Source of the DNA: Octopus sinensis
Taxonomy: Eukaryota
DNA length: 64,000 bases
Assembly: GCF_006345805.1 (NCBI RefSeq)
Contig: NC_043002.1
Coordinates: 100,378,001-100,442,000, forward strand
Direction of reading: 5' to 3'
Shown here: positions 11,558-26,817 of the stretch, one piece after another
Layout: every line of letters begins with the position of its first letter
Position numbering within the stretch: the stretch's first letter is position 1
Made by a program: the position numbers and the translations under genes
Notes under the pieces: generated by a model
What the model saw: only the letters and a program-made list of their open reading frames with translations
Database searches by the model: none
What the model was told of the DNA's origin: nothing

Positions 11558-12337
11558 ATATATAAGTATTATATAATATATATATATGATAATATAGATA
11601 TAGTAAAGGGTGCTGATAAACAATACTAACATGCTTGTGATAGACGCCAAATAGCTCTAGACCACATCTAACACTCCATTAGTAAAGGTTGAAAGCGAGA
11701 AAATGAATAAAGAAGAGTTTTTTTTTAATGGTTAATTACAGATCGATTCCTAAGGTGAGAGATATCACATCTCTTTTCCATCTTAAGTATAATATATCCC
11801 ATAGTACACAAATGCAAATATTTATACATACCTTCACGAATAATACATATACACATGTATATATGCATATATTCACACGCTTTTAAGAGTCAAATCTAAT
11901 TTATTGACCTCGGCCCTGTCCGTCTGCGACCAAACTAATACCGCAGTGAATATAAATTCATCGGAGTAAATAATATACGTTTATACATGATTAAAGATAA
12001 AATTACTAAAAGAATTTAATAAAGTGGCCAACATGTAATAAAAACGATATAGGCAATAATAAATATTAATATAAGATGACTAGCTGGTCCCGTGCCGTCA
12101 AAAATGATGTAGGTATATTATTTTATATATAAATAAGGTACAAAACCAAGGTTTTAGTTTAATAATTCCTTTATTATCAAATTTTTGTGAAAAATCTATC
12201 TGCATCTAACATCCCTTGACTTCTTTTTTCCTTCAAAAGACTTTTAAAGTTTTCCTTCCTTCTTGTACGGCATAAGGCCATATAAAACTGGCCGTGACTA
12301 AATACTGGAGCTGGCAAGTAAATACCAAATATACAGT

Positions 12338-12749
12338 ATAGGCACGGTGGCTATGTGGTAAGTAGCTTGCTTACCAACCACATGGTTCCGGGTTCATTCC
12401 ATTGCGTGGCAACTTGGGCAGGTGTCTTCTACTATAGACTCGGGCCGACCAAAGCCTTGTGAGTGGATTTGGTAGACGAAAATTGAAAGAAGCCCTTCGT
12501 ATATATGTATATATATATATGTTTGTGTGTGTATATGGTTGTGAGTCTGTGTTTGTCACCCCAACATCGCTTGACAACCGATGCTGGTGTGTTTACGTCC
12601 CTGTAACCTAGCGGTTCGGCAAAAGAGACCGATGGAATAAGTACTAGGCTTCCAAAGAATTAATCCTGTGGTCGATTTGCTCGACTAAAGGCAGTGCTCC
12701 AGCATGGCCGCAGTCAAATGACTGAAACAAGTAAAAGAGTAAAAGAGAA
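12338..12749 (+). mobile_element. tRNA SINE family A, full length
   Basis: Head ggtggctatgtggtaag..gggttca, internal (TA)(TG) tract, gtaaaaga tail. Confidence 0.9.
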
Positions 12750-12755
12750 ATGAGT

Positions 12756-13310
12756 TGGAACGCTGATTGATTTTTCTTTTCAGCGTTGAATGTTCATCGT
12801 CCCACTTCCATTACATACACAATCGCGCGCGCATACAAACATTCACGTACCTCCTTTGTACATACACACACATATACTCATACAGACTTGAAACGTTGTT
12901 TGATTTTTTTTTTTCAGTGCAGAATTTTCCATCGCCACTTCCTTCCATAATTCATCTATCTCCCCTTTTTTTCTCATTGATATGTTGTAACTGAGAAAGA
13001 CACAAGTACGTTATTATAGAAGTTAATAAACAAAATAAGGTACCTATTAATCACACATACAAACATTCACATACTTCCCCTGTACACGCACACACATACA
13101 CATATACTCACAGAGAACTGAAACGCCGTCTGATTTCTATTTTCAGCGTTGAATGTCCACCATCCCACTTCTATTGCACACACGTGCGCGCGCATACACA
13201 CACAGACATTCGAATTACTCCCTTTTACTCATGCAAATTTGAAGCGCGTCCTGATTTTTTCATTTCACCTTAGAACTTCCATCATCCCACAACCAAGTTT
13301 GCCATCACCC
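12756..13310. repeat. Degenerate direct repeats of a ~120-130-bp unit
   Basis: gaaacg..tgattt..tttcagcgttgaatgt..catcccactt..gcgcgcgcatac recurs at about 12757, 12890, 13120 and 13240. Confidence 0.6.
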
Positions 13311-13542
13311 CTTCCTTTCTCACTCACAGGAGTATTACTATAGTAGATAAATATAATTATAATAAAGGGAGCTGATAGACAACACCAACATGTTACCTAG
13401 CAAAGGTAACAGATCCAATAATAGATCTGCATCTACAATATCTTTGTGTATCTTATTTCTACTTTCATTATCTTATTTCCTTCTATATTTCCCATCGCCT
13501 CCTTGTCCACAAATAATTCGAACGCAAATATTTTCTTACACC

Positions 13543-13590
13543 GTCTCTGATGAAGGGATTTCCATAATAACCCGGAAACAGCAGTAAAAT
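13543..13590 (+). ncRNA. Decayed minimal HHR within a TA-flanked element (~13350-13808)
   Basis: gtct-CTGATGA-a ggg..ccc g-GAAAC agca GTA-aaat; core intact, stem I eroded. Confidence 0.65.
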
Positions 13591-13807
13591 TATTTCATTG
13601 TAATTGTCTTCAAAACTTCTCACAGTCTTGGGTTTGTTATTTTATTCTGTCTAATACATATATGCATGCTAATACAAGACCCACATTATATTCCTCACTT
13701 GTATCATTATCGAACCAAGAGCTTAACTACGGTCTGACCATAGCACTTACTTAGCTTTACCCGATACTCTTCGGGCCTTCCAGATACCAATACTTCTCAT
13801 ACCCTCA

Positions 13808-13849
<42 letters not shown>

Positions 13850-13884
13850 TTACGTCATTTATTGACATTTATAGGCATTTTTAT

Positions 13885-13968
13885 GGACCACGTTCAATAT
13901 TCGCGGTTTTTCACTATTCGCGAGTGTGCTAGGAGTGTAACTCCCGCGAATATCGGGGGACTACTGTA
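13885..13968. mobile_element. pogo/Tigger-like MITE terminal inverted repeat end
   Basis: cccgcgaatatcgggggactactg|ta with internal attcgcg repeats, typical of Tigger-like TIRs. Confidence 0.55.
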
Positions 13969-15012
13969 TACATAATCAATGTTAAGCTATTTTAATAACT
14001 GACCGTCACTTTCATCGATTAACACAAAACAATCAAATACAACTCTAGTATTTTTGTTGTATCCTTAAACGTAGTTCTGTGTTACTGAAAAGAAATACAG
14101 ATTCGTTAAAGTTTTAATCTGATTTTCACATTAACTTCTTATCTTTGTAAATGGATCGTCTCTACTTTTATTGTTTTATTCTTGTTCGGCGCCACAATTA
14201 GTATACATACGCTGAAGTACTTATTTGAGAAATTAGATTAGTTCATATTGTCAGGATATTGCCTTATCTCGTATTTGTTTATTTATTTAATCCGATCGTC
14301 AAAAAGTTTAGTAACTGTTACGATATTTGTTATGAAGGCACTCTGTACTTAAATATTGTCTTGTAAAACTTCTACAGGTCATCGCTAGACATAAGCTTGT
14401 CGACTGCTTCTAAATTTATCTCTTCTTGCAATAAATAGAAGACGTACTGCTCTGAACTTTTACTCTGAATATATCTTCAGAATTCAAGTACATTCGATGA
14501 CTATTTATATCATCTGTGAAACATTATTACAATCACTGCACAACTCCTCATCTGATGCTTTTATATATACGAAAAACATAAATGCAGTTTAATATGATTT
14601 TTTTTTCTATGTTAATAACCTTATATTGGTTTTGGCTCAGAAGAAATAAAATGGAATAATTCCAACAGTGAAATTCATTTCCAATCTTTTGATACATACA
14701 ATCTGTCCTTTCGTACAGTCAACGGATTCAACAATTATTTGTTTCTGCTCTTTCGATTATTAATAGAGAAAATGTAGTAGACCAAGCTGGTGCAGATTAA
14801 ATTTTCCGGCTCTACTCAAATCCATACTCCAGGAAGATAGAATGTGGCAAATTGTATTTATTGCTCAAGGAAATTGAAGTTATTGCCTGAGGACCGCAGG
14901 AAATAATTTATTATATTACACTAGGTTGATTATACAATCCAATCGTGAAAAGTTAGTAACATTCTTGTAATTCATTATGCAATACCACGAAGTTCACATT
15001 AGAATTTCTTAC

Positions 15013-15115
15013 CTAAGATACTCGACCCCCACCACTCTTTTGTGGGGCGGGGGACTGCAAAACCACTTGTCTAATGGTAGAATAGTTACATGACCTGCGT
15101 CGCTAATCCGTAGCA
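15013..15115 (-). other. Candidate exon (103 nt), coding status unknown
   Basis: ttttaacag| acceptor and AG|gtaag donor; one open frame LRISDAGHVTILPLDKWFCSPPPHKRVVGVEYL; no recognised domain. Confidence 0.35.
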
Positions 15116-16449
15116 CTGTTAAAAGATTATTTTTAGTTGCTCTTTGGTAAAGTAAATATATAATTTCATGTTTTAGGTGCTTTTCTCTAGGACATGTATT
15201 TTCCAACCACATGGTTCTCTGTCGATACCATGGAAGCTTGTCATCAACCTCGTAATACCCATTATCATCATCACCGTCGTCATCTCACTATTCCAAATTC
15301 GACTTGAGTCGGGAGCGATCTCAAACTTTCTGCACACCCAGTCTCCAAGTTTGTGTCATAAGTTTTATCATTAGATGTGCTACAACTGCCATCCTTCAGT
15401 TTTTGCCATGAATTTGGAAGGACTGTCGTGGTTCATCTTATGAATCGGTTACGAAAAGATTTGGCCAAAGCCTTGTGAGTGAAATTGCGTATATGGAAAA
15501 TATGTGATTGCCGATACACAGAAGTGTCCATATTCCTGCTAAGGAGACCACATGAGTCCTCCGTTCAACGCCACAACCCAATGCCTGTGTTGTTTTAGTG
15601 AACTGCATTCTGCTGCAAGCATTTAACTGCGGTGTCTTGTTTACAGATATCCAAAGTGTTTATTTTCTTTACTTTCACCTGGGAAGGTTATGGGTTCAAT
15701 ACATCTCTTGTGTCTAATCCACAGAACTGAAAGTTGTGATCTAAACTTCCAGGTTTTATAGTTTACAACTTGATGAACTACATGCCTATTATGGATCGAA
15801 TCATTTTCAATTATATGTTTTTAACTTAAGAAGGAAAAAAAAAGATTTTTATTCTATGGAAAATTAACATTTCACCGTAGCTGTTTATTCTGGTGCTTAA
15901 AACGAATATACCAGTCGTATAATAAAACTTCAAAAAAGAGCAGGAAGGGTTGTTATCTATAAACCAGCAGCTTCGTCGTATTTTTACACCATAAGCACAT
16001 AGCTAAATGTTTTATTGATGTTAACTTTTAACTTTTAATTGAATATATTTTTGTTATTCCTGTGAAGAAAAAAGCATTTGTCGGGGAGAATACATGCATT
16101 CACATATATATGCATCCACATATGACAAAGATCTGTGAAGTAGTGCATTAATTTACGTCTTGGAATCAAAGATTTTGCATGCCGCTAACATTATTGCAGA
16201 AGATCTAGTATTAATCCTTAATTTAGTTTAATGTCACTACTTGACCATTGCTTGCTATATGCTACAAGTACTTGAGCCAGGATAATTCTTGATGACAGGA
16301 TAAATCCTATCAGGGGATAGCATCCTCCTTCTGGTGAACTGAAAATAATTAAAGGCACGTGACGTTTATCTGAGACGTTCGAAAAGGGAGTGGATTCGTG
16401 TTTCAATCTGATTTATGATGTGACTGCAGTTACTAGTTTCAATCGCTTT

Positions 16450-16526
<77 letters not shown>

Positions 16527-17682
16527 ATGTGTGTGTGTATGTGGTTTTTTTTTGTGTGTGTGTGTGTGTGTATGTATATATGTTCAATTATATGTGTATA
16601 TGTTTCTCTCTACCTCTGTGTGTGTCTGAGTGTGGTGTGTGTTTGTGTGTGTGTGAGTGTGTGTTTAAAAGTGTGATAGTGAGGCAAAGAAATGTAGGTC
16701 TGCGTGTCACGAACTGACTGATGCTGAAGTAACCAGTCACTCATAAATAGACGCTTCGCTATGTAATATGGAAAATGATCACAAAAGCACATTCAACATC
16801 GATATAACGAAGGCACCACATTCTCCGTAAATAATATAAATAAATACCGTTTCCTCTGTTACTAGGGAACGTTCAATAAATGCTTCACATGCAAGACGTA
16901 CAAATGTTGTACGTCTATAATGATTTAAATTGTTCAACTTGAGATCAGATATGAGCTGTACACACACCCACAACACACCCATGTTTTCAGCTTCATTTGA
17001 CAACAGCCAATATTTAAGGAATCCTCCACCAATACTGTTATTTAGACTTCAAGAATCTAATATAAATAGCAAAAAATTATTTAGTTTTATTTTATCATTA
17101 GGTATCAATTTTTATGTAAGTGTTACACTTAAGCAATTGCAACTGAATTCAATTTGATTACATTGTGGAGAATTTGACAATATTATATCAGAAAATATTT
17201 ATCTCACGAAACTTTTCGTGCAAATCGCATGGTTTCAAGTTGGATTGTTAAAGAACAAAAAATTGTATGTCTAGCATTGCGAAATTGAAAGGAGGGTACA
17301 AATGCTAGTATAAGAGAGCGAGAGAGAAAGAGAGAGAGGGGGACTATTGAATTTCTAAATACATACATTTTGTTTTACATCTTTGCGACATCGTTGTAAA
17401 TATTCAATACAAATTACAATCATTTATGATTTGTAGTAACAGAGGGCTACCTAAATGTTCTTACGCAGTATGTACCTCATTTCGAAAATATTCGTCTCTA
17501 AATTAATACAAAGACGTGTTCAACATTATATATAAAACAAATGGTAATTATGGATAGACAGACACACAAACATATATATATATATGTACATATATATATA
17601 TATATATATATTCATATATTTCACAATCGGGTATACAAACACAGGCACACATATTTAAATATACATATATATATACATACAC

Positions 17683-17755
<73 letters not shown>

Positions 17756-17759
<4 letters not shown>

Positions 17760-17922
17760 GACGGACTTCTTTCCGTTTCTGTCGTCCAAATCCACTCACA
17801 AGGCTTTTGTCAGCCCGAGATTATAGTAGAAGACACTTGCCCAAAGTGTCACGCAGTGGGACTGAACCCGGAGCCATGTCGTTAGTAAGCAAACTACTTA
17901 CCACAGAGGCACTCCTGCTGCT
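17756..17922 (-). mobile_element. tRNA SINE family A, 5' half
   Basis: Reverse complement of the family A head, ending at a (TA)n tract. Confidence 0.85.
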
Positions 17923-17946
17923 AAGTATATATAGCTGTTTTCTTGA

Positions 17947-18008
<62 letters not shown>

Positions 18009-18627
18009 CTTTGTCTTTCTTTTCGTATCCCATCTGGTCAAATACCACCTTTTCAAACTAGTTCGCTACTGCCGAACTGATGGATTATGTCACATGACAA
18101 CCTCTTACCAAATTCGACGTATCTACAACTGTTTCCTAATTAATCTATATAATAAACTCTGCACTTCAGACATTAGTAGCTCGAATTATTTTTCAATATT
18201 TAGGATTCACTTTTCCTGGGAATAGCGTGCGATATGGAGAATACGGGTGCCGTTTAATACGAGTCATAGTTGACCGTGTTGCTATACCTTCAAAGGGTTG
18301 CTAGTACGAACGAACTTTTCATGTCTTCTTATTTGGCATTATACTCCGAAAAGCCTATTGACATTGGAAACTATCTAAATTTATCATTTTTAATTGTGTT
18401 GATATGAAATTGTTTGTTTCATTTTTAAAAATGCAAATATTTCCGATTTGTCAGAGTTCGTGATTTTCGACCCTTGCGTCGTCAGCATATCTTAAACCTA
18501 TGGTAGATAAGTATGCTAGATATGTATCTACGCATTTGAATTATGCCACGCCAAATTTCAGTGGGGAATAGCACGCACTCTCATATTAGATATATTATCA
18601 GTGAAGTTTTGATGGCGGGCAGATACA

Positions 18628-18671
18628 CCAACCTAATGAGGATGGACAGGTATACGAAAGTATAAAATTGG
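18628..18671 (+). ncRNA. Possible decayed HHR
   Basis: ccaac-CTAATGA-ggat..atac-GAAA gtataaa-attgg; several substitutions. Confidence 0.4.
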
Positions 18672-18899
18672 CAAATTCACCAAACAAGGTTAAAATCAGA
18701 GTAAGTGGAGAAAGTCAGATTGGGTGAAGGAGAAGCAAGATGGTCCATATAGACACACACAGTAAATTTAGGAAGGCTTATTAGAAGAAAGACATGCTTA
18801 TCTAAGCCGGATGCGTTTGTGTGTGAGTGTGTTTATGTGTGTACTTTCTACCCTTTGTTCTTAAATTTTCGTGTCATATGTCAGCTGAAAAAGTCATAT

Positions 18900-19190
18900 A
18901 CTGACCACGATACTCACATGCCATGTAAGGAAATGAGGTTTATTTTTCAACAGTCTTTCCAATAGTCCACATGCTTCTTCCATCGATATTGCAGTGCTTT
19001 TAACACATTGGTGAAGATATCATCTTGTTGCTAACAAACTTATCAAAAGCAAATATGATGTCATCATCAATGTGATACTGTTTCCCAGCCAAGAGTTTTT
19101 TCATGATGGAGAACAGATGATAGTCAAATGGGGCCAACTTAAGAGAATAGGAAGGGTAATCATCCAGTTCAAAGCCACAGTCTCTCAGCA
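18900..19190 (-). mobile_element. mariner (DD34D) transposase 3' remnant
   Basis: DYPSYSLKLAPFDYHLFSIMKKLLAGKQY resembles HPPYSPDLAPSDYHLF. Confidence 0.8.
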
Positions 19191-21800
19191 CATAAATGCA
19201 TGGGTATGCATACAAAGATAATTCATTTGAGAAATTCATTAATTTATCACATTATTTTGCTATCCTATTTCATTGCAAATAAACATCTACTATTTAGGTT
19301 TCAATAGCATTCTTGAATAATAATCTGCAGTAGTTTATATTTCTTTGTACCCGATATTTACCATTAAATATCTATTAAACTATATAACTAGTATTTATAA
19401 GTTGTATTCAACAGAAATAAAATTCGATATTAATAACAGTTCAATGTGTGACGGCATATAACGTATATGCATTTTTAAAATTCAGTATATTTAATGAAAA
19501 TGGTATTTAATTAGAATACCATCTATGTATCTTATTCATTGCAAATACAGCAGTAACTGACGAAAGGCCAATTATTGCTGTACTTGTCCTGAGTATATCT
19601 CTTACGGATTTGCTAATTGGACGGTATTTCGTCTCACCGGTATCTGTTGTGTTTTTAATAACACAAGTTCATAAGAGATTATATTACAGGGCAAATCCTG
19701 CCGTAACTGGCTTATCCACGGTTTGTATACATTACATCTAAAAGGTTGTTGGCTATAATACATTTTCGCCGCAATTGCGAATCCGCCGGTCTGATACACC
19801 CCATGAGATAATGTTTTATTGATTATTTCCTAATATCAGAAGCGACGAATTCTTGTCGGGGTCTATGGCTGGTTGTGGATATGCACAAAAACGGCAGGAA
19901 TGCATCTGGCACTCTCGATGGTTGTTGCTGGGACGAGATTTCTTCTCACTGTGATATTTATTATCTTTGTAACAGAATAAGTATGTTATCTCAGGACAAT
20001 ACTGCAGTAACTTGACAATCGATTGTGTGTATATATAATACATAGGTGGCTTCTCAGAAGCTAAATTTCGGATTAGGTAAAACTTTCTTTGAAGCATATC
20101 ATGCTTAAGAGGTTGATGACGCACTGGTACTGTCGTTTTCTCTCCTTTTTTATTTCTTTCATTTTATATTAGTCACCTTTCATTGAATATCAATGAGATA
20201 TATTTTACATCCATCATTGACTCAAATTACATATGCATAAATATCAGTGGAATTGAGCATATTGGGAAAATAATGAGTCTCTAGTATATAGTTCAGTAGT
20301 AAACGGGTCAACTTCGTTTTCCTCGATGGGGATTCAGTTGAAATCAACATTTCAAAATCAAATTTTGTTGATCGTGTCATTGGAAATTGAGTGTCAATGC
20401 AACATATATATTATAACGCATGAAAATTCGGTTTAATATAAATATATATTGCATTCAGAATAAACATATTTAATAAGATGGAGCAGCAAAAATAGATTTA
20501 GATATAACTATTCAGTGAGGAAAAGACTGTATTAGTTGGCCAACCATTATAATTTTCCTCATTAAGCTATGTACAAAAGGCAGCTGCTAACATATTTAGA
20601 TATAATTAGATCTCAACGAAACTGAGACTTTCAGTACTTCCAAAGACAAGCAGTGATAAGACAATAACTTGCCACTTAGCAAATTTTATATTTTCATAAC
20701 TGTATTAAGATTTTCTTTATATTTCTGTGCTATGATATATATATATATATATTATATATATATATATATATCAACTTTAATATAAATGTTTCTTTTCTTG
20801 CATAAGGCATCTCAGGGAAAGGAACATTTCTATAATTCTTGAAAAGTTATAAATCTAATCTATATTTAAAGATGATTCTCTCTTATATTATCAAGTTATG
20901 GTATAAATAAACTAATCAATTTGTAAGTTGGAAAATCGTTTTGGTTTAAACTTCCATTCATATCAAGGGTTAATATTCTCGGGAAATACGTATATCACTA
21001 CATTTTCCTCCACTTTCGATGTCATCGTTTTTCTCTATTATTTTCTCCTTATCTCATCCGTGTTTTCTTCACGTGGGCTGTCATGTCAATATATCTTCTT
21101 TCCACTTGTTTATTTTTCTTCGACTCTGCATTTTCTAGTGCAGTATCTTTCTAATTCGTCTAATCTACCTCTTATCAATCAATTACTTTCACTTTCTATC
21201 ATTATCTCTTCTCTCATTCAAAGTTTATTTCTAGGCCATATTTTTGCCACTATTATCAATATTTGTCACAGTTTCTTTTGCTGAATGTTATTCTATAGCT
21301 TCACTACTTACTATATATCTCCATTAATATCTTCCCCATTCACAGTACTCTTACTTTTATACGTATTTTATTTTCCAACACCTCTTAACATGTACAGAGA
21401 GAGAAATGTATTTTACATTGTTGCATGTCAATAGCATAAGGATTTCACTGCGCAAAATAACATACGTTTATTTCAACATCAATATTCATGGAACAATAGA
21501 ATAAAGCGTTTTCACACAAACAAACACACATATACACACATATATGTATACGTGAGTGTCGTCTGTGTGCGTGTGTGTGTGTGTGAGTGTCTGTAATTAA
21601 ATGTAGATGCTTAATAAGAGCGATATACAGATTAAAATATATATTAATATGCATAGATATAAATACCTCTGAATATATGTATATATATATATATATATAA
21701 TATATAAATATATATATACATTTCATTTTTGGATTTGTTTTGCAAGATTCTTTATGTGATGCGTGGCATAATTCAAATGCGTAGATATATATACATGTAT

Positions 21801-21937
<137 letters not shown>

Positions 21938-21994
21938 CATACATATTTACACACACACATATATATATATATATGTATATATACATACATATTT

Positions 21995-22058
<64 letters not shown>

Positions 22059-22299
22059 CGTATTTATTTACAAATATATAACTATGCAAAGGTACATATA
22101 TATGTGTGTGTTTGTCTACACATACATGACAGAAGTAAATAGATAGCCTTATAATCATTAAAATTTATTTATATCTGAAATTATACAATCAAATTATTTA
22201 TTAATTGTTATAATGTTTATACTTAATATTTGATAGATATCTTCTTTTGCATTTTCCAATGAAAGTACCCAATTAGGCATGTTTTAGATCAGATGATGA

Positions 22300-23210
22300 A
22301 TATTCTATTGCGGAATTCCTTGCCAAGTTTCCTGCGGTAATCACAAAAGATCTGGCTTTGAAAATGCTTTCATGTTCTCTTCATGAATTGCCTTCTCCAT
22401 TGTCCACCAGAGCTGTTCTGTAGGGTTCATATATGGTGACTTGCTGGCTACAAAAGCTTTTTAATGCCATACACATCCAAAAGAACCTTGGGCCATTTTA
22501 ACCGTGTTTCATAAATAAAGAGTTTTCTTTAATCAATTCACCACCGAATAAGATTAGAAGGAGCACTTTCTGCAATATGGATACATATATATTTATCAGA
22601 GTTTATGTTTTCCTCACACTCCACAAGCTCTGCGCAACCTTTGCTCCAAATTGCCCCCCAGACAATCACAGGATACTTGCCCTGTTCTATTGTTGCCTGC
22701 AATCTTTTCACATCAAATTCTTGATCACAGAGTCTCCAGACTCCTACTCGACCTCTGTCAGGAAACACAGCAAATCTGGACTCGTCTGAGAATATGACAG
22801 TCGCCCAAAACGCCAGTGGCCTCTCCATCATCTCACTGGCCCAGTCCTTCTCCCGCTTGATGCTTGATGTTGGCCGGTCGAAGTAGTGGCTTCCTTCTTG
22901 GAGCTCTGCCATAGTAATCAAGTTTGTGGAGCTACTTAACAGCTGTTCTGGTACTGACATCAACTTGCTCTGGTGTGTCAGAGGCCTTGCAACGAGGATC
23001 ATCTTCTACGCTTCTCTTAGCAGAAAGAAGGGTCCTGTCCGATGACCCAGGTTGATCTGGGCAAGGTGATGTGAACTCCATCTATTCTCTGGTCAATTGT
23101 ACAATCGCTCTATTAAATGTAGAAATGGGAAGGTTTTCTGCGATTTCACGCTTTGTCCACCTTCAGTATGCTCCACAATACGGCTTCTTTGAAATTCAGA
23201 CAGTTCCAAT
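22300..23210 (-). mobile_element. Tc1-like (DD34E) transposase pseudogene
   Basis: WATVIFSDESRF..VWR..VWGAI..NINSDKYI and SPYMNPTEQLW (SPDLNPIEN-like); frameshifted. Confidence 0.9.
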
Positions 23211-23350
23211 TAAACAGTCACATATAGTACCTGAAACATAAAAAATGTTAATTAATAAAAAAAATATAAACCTTTACAAGTTAGAATGACTACAAAAGCG
23301 ATGTTTTATGAGCCGTCTATTTACTTCTGTCGTGTATGTGTATATGTATG

Positions 23351-23409
<59 letters not shown>

Positions 23410-23410
23410 G

Positions 23411-23458
<48 letters not shown>

Positions 23459-23478
23459 GTATATATATATATAATATG

Positions 23479-23509
<31 letters not shown>

Positions 23510-23528
23510 ATATATATATATGTATATG

Positions 23529-23573
<45 letters not shown>

Positions 23574-23597
23574 TATATATATATATATAAGTATATG

Positions 23598-23645
<48 letters not shown>

Positions 23646-23676
23646 CATATATATATATATATATACATATATAATA

Positions 23677-23722
<46 letters not shown>

Positions 23723-23727
23723 TAATA

Positions 23728-23761
<34 letters not shown>

Positions 23762-26013
23762 TAACAATTCATACATGCGCAAGTACATGTTTAATATCAA
23801 TATATCTTAGCCTCTATATATATTTTCAGACAGAGGCGGTGAAGCATTTTTTTATGTGTCAATGAACCTATACAATTAATAAACATATCTTTCGGGATTC
23901 TTTTTAAGGATCTTGTCACTAAGCCCAGTATAGTTCATTGTTCCATTGTTATTTGCAGGTAATATCATTGCTCGGTAAAGTAATGCTTTTAGATAACCAT
24001 ATGTCTTTGTCGGTGTAGATATATATTTACAAGTTTGATGGAAATATACATATACATATATATATATATCTAGCAAGGTGGCTTTCCATGTTTGTACTAT
24101 GTTTTCTTTAGTTGCACATTATAGAAGCAACGAAGTTTTAGTGCAACGTAAAGCTTACCATAATTTTATCTCTGTTCTAGAGCTAAGTTATCTATAGTGT
24201 ACAGAGAAATGCTCTACATACGAATAACTCAATAAGTCAACATGCTATATTTTCTAGTAGCCTCTTTTATTTCTCTCTCACTGTTAATATGCTAATACTG
24301 ACTGGAATGCTGGATAAGGATTAGGTTTGACGAGAAAAATTTCTTGTTCCAAACATTTTGGTACTGTCACAAGTAATGGTTAGATTTTACCTTAAGAATT
24401 TCTTCCATTGTTGTATAGATGAATAGAGCATTCCGGAATTTCATACAGATTATATTATTTTATTACGGGTACGTATGTCTTAGTGACTCCAGAGTTATTA
24501 AGGGACTCAGTAATTCCGGAAACAACCGCACCTTTCGCAGATCAATGAAAGATTTATTCTGGTTATCTGTTTATTTTCCTTCTACATATTGTTATTCTGA
24601 TTCAGAAATGCTTCTGTAACGATTCAGCCACCAAGACGCTTCTAGAATTGTCACACAACTAATGACACCTGTCTTTCGACTCAAACAGATTTAATCATTG
24701 TGATACTTTAATCTCATATCTTTCAACAGAGATTAATATTTTTTCACTAAATGCCGTTTACGTTTTATTTTTTTTGCACCTAATGAATAGCATCTTGTTT
24801 CACATTCCTCGGCATTGTACTGTTTGAGCAACAATGTTTATTTAATTTTGCTCTTCTTATTGTTATTCTTGCTATTTTGTATTTTTTTCTGCTTTTTTGT
24901 CTCTTTGTTTTCGTCTGTGTAAATTGGTTCTCTGTTTGTATAAAATAACTCAATGATGAGCTACTTCGAGAAAATTATTAGACAGACACATGTCAATGAA
25001 TGGAAGCTGCAGATCAACTTAACTGACAAATCTGATGCGTTCAGGATTTAGCCAGGTTTCAAATCTGAAGATTTCTGTCGTTCCGAATTCTTCACTTTTT
25101 ATAATCATTCGTTTATCAGTTCAATTTTAAGAGGATCGATTGTGTTCTCAACATTGGTGTATTTTTATGGGTTGTTTTAGTTATTCTTTTTTATTGCTTG
25201 TCACCTTCACACAAACGCGATTAACCATTAACTACAAGTGTTATATTCTACATTATTTCTTCGTTTTTATTAATGCAGTGGTATTAACTCTCAGACTTAC
25301 TTTATATTCTTCTTATTAATGTGAAATGTAGTCCTAATAACATGATTAAGCTCAACTAAATAAAAATATAGAACTGTATCATTGTCGAAGATGGGGACTT
25401 TGTTTTATACAAATGATTCTACTCTTAACCATTACTTGAATGTTGTTCTATTCATAATTCCAATATCTTATCAAAGATATACAATTTTGAATGGGAACAA
25501 ACCTCAAAAACTACTATGTATTTCATACAAGATGAGGAAAGAAAAGGCTGCAATTTAACACTAATTACCTTATGAAATATATCTCAAACACACTTTCATG
25601 AAATAAAATACTTGAACCAGCTAAGAAAAGTACTAGACTAGAGTATTTGATAAGGTGTGTCAAGAGATTATGATTACGTATAGTTAAAATTATAAGTAAA
25701 ACGAGGGAGCGAATTAACAATTGAAAATTATTAAATATAGACTGCAATGGGAGCGAATCTGATCTTTGTTAGAACAGTGACAACTCCCTATGTGTGTTGG
25801 TTTATCAAAGCTTACTCACGAAGCATATTCCAGCCATATTACCACATCTTAGAATTACCCCCAGAAGATATAGCATCTTCGTGAATGCGTCTTAACTCTG
25901 ACCGATGTTGTATAGTATTTGGGCTTTATAGAACCGTCGTATAACGTTTGACTAATCAAATAATCTGTCTGCCACTTCTTCAAAGGTGACAGACAGGTTA
26001 CCATGCAATAACC

Positions 26014-26314
26014 TCCGGATGATTGACGAACACGCTAGTTTATCTGACAAATGGCGTCACTATTGTTATCTCCATAAGAGACTCTCCAGCCAACTTCAGA
26101 TTTTATTTTACAATTTGAAAGTTGCCTACACAATTTCCTCTCTCAGTAAGGTGGATGGGAGTCTCCATAAGACAGTTGTACTGGGTTACATGATACCATT
26201 ATTAATTAGAACCAAGCTTAATTATTTTCAATTCCATTTATCTCACAAAATATTTTAACGGCCAAAGATAATGCTTAATTGTCAACACCTCACAGTACCA
26301 TCCGCGACATTTTA

Positions 26315-26354
<40 letters not shown>

Positions 26355-26817
26355 GATAGTATTATTATTATTACAGACTATTATATATATATATACAGGG
26401 TGGGTATATACATAATTTAAACTGTCGTCTAAATTACGCAAAAATGAAAATATCACTGACATCTCTTTCTAACCGTTTAATAATAATAATAATAATATTA
26501 ATAATAATAATAATGTAAAATGTCGCGGATGGTACTGTGAGGTGTTGACAATTAAGCATTATCTTTGACCATTAAAATATTTTGTGAGATAAATGGAATT
26601 GAAAATAATTAAGCTTGGTTCTAATTAATAATGGTATCATGTAACCCAGTACAACTGTCTTATGGAGATTCCCATCCACCTTACTGAGAGAGGAAATTGT
26701 GTAGGCAACTTTCAAATTGTAAAATAAAATCTGAAGTTGACTGGAGAGTCTCTTATGGAGATGACAATAGTGACGCCATGTGTCAGATAAACTGGCGTGT
26801 TCGTCAATCATCCGGAT
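26014..26817. repeat. Inverted duplication, ~320-bp arms (26014-26340 and 26490-26817)
   Basis: Near-identical arms; the ORF track shows the same peptide on both strands; inner ends are (TAA)n. Confidence 0.9.
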
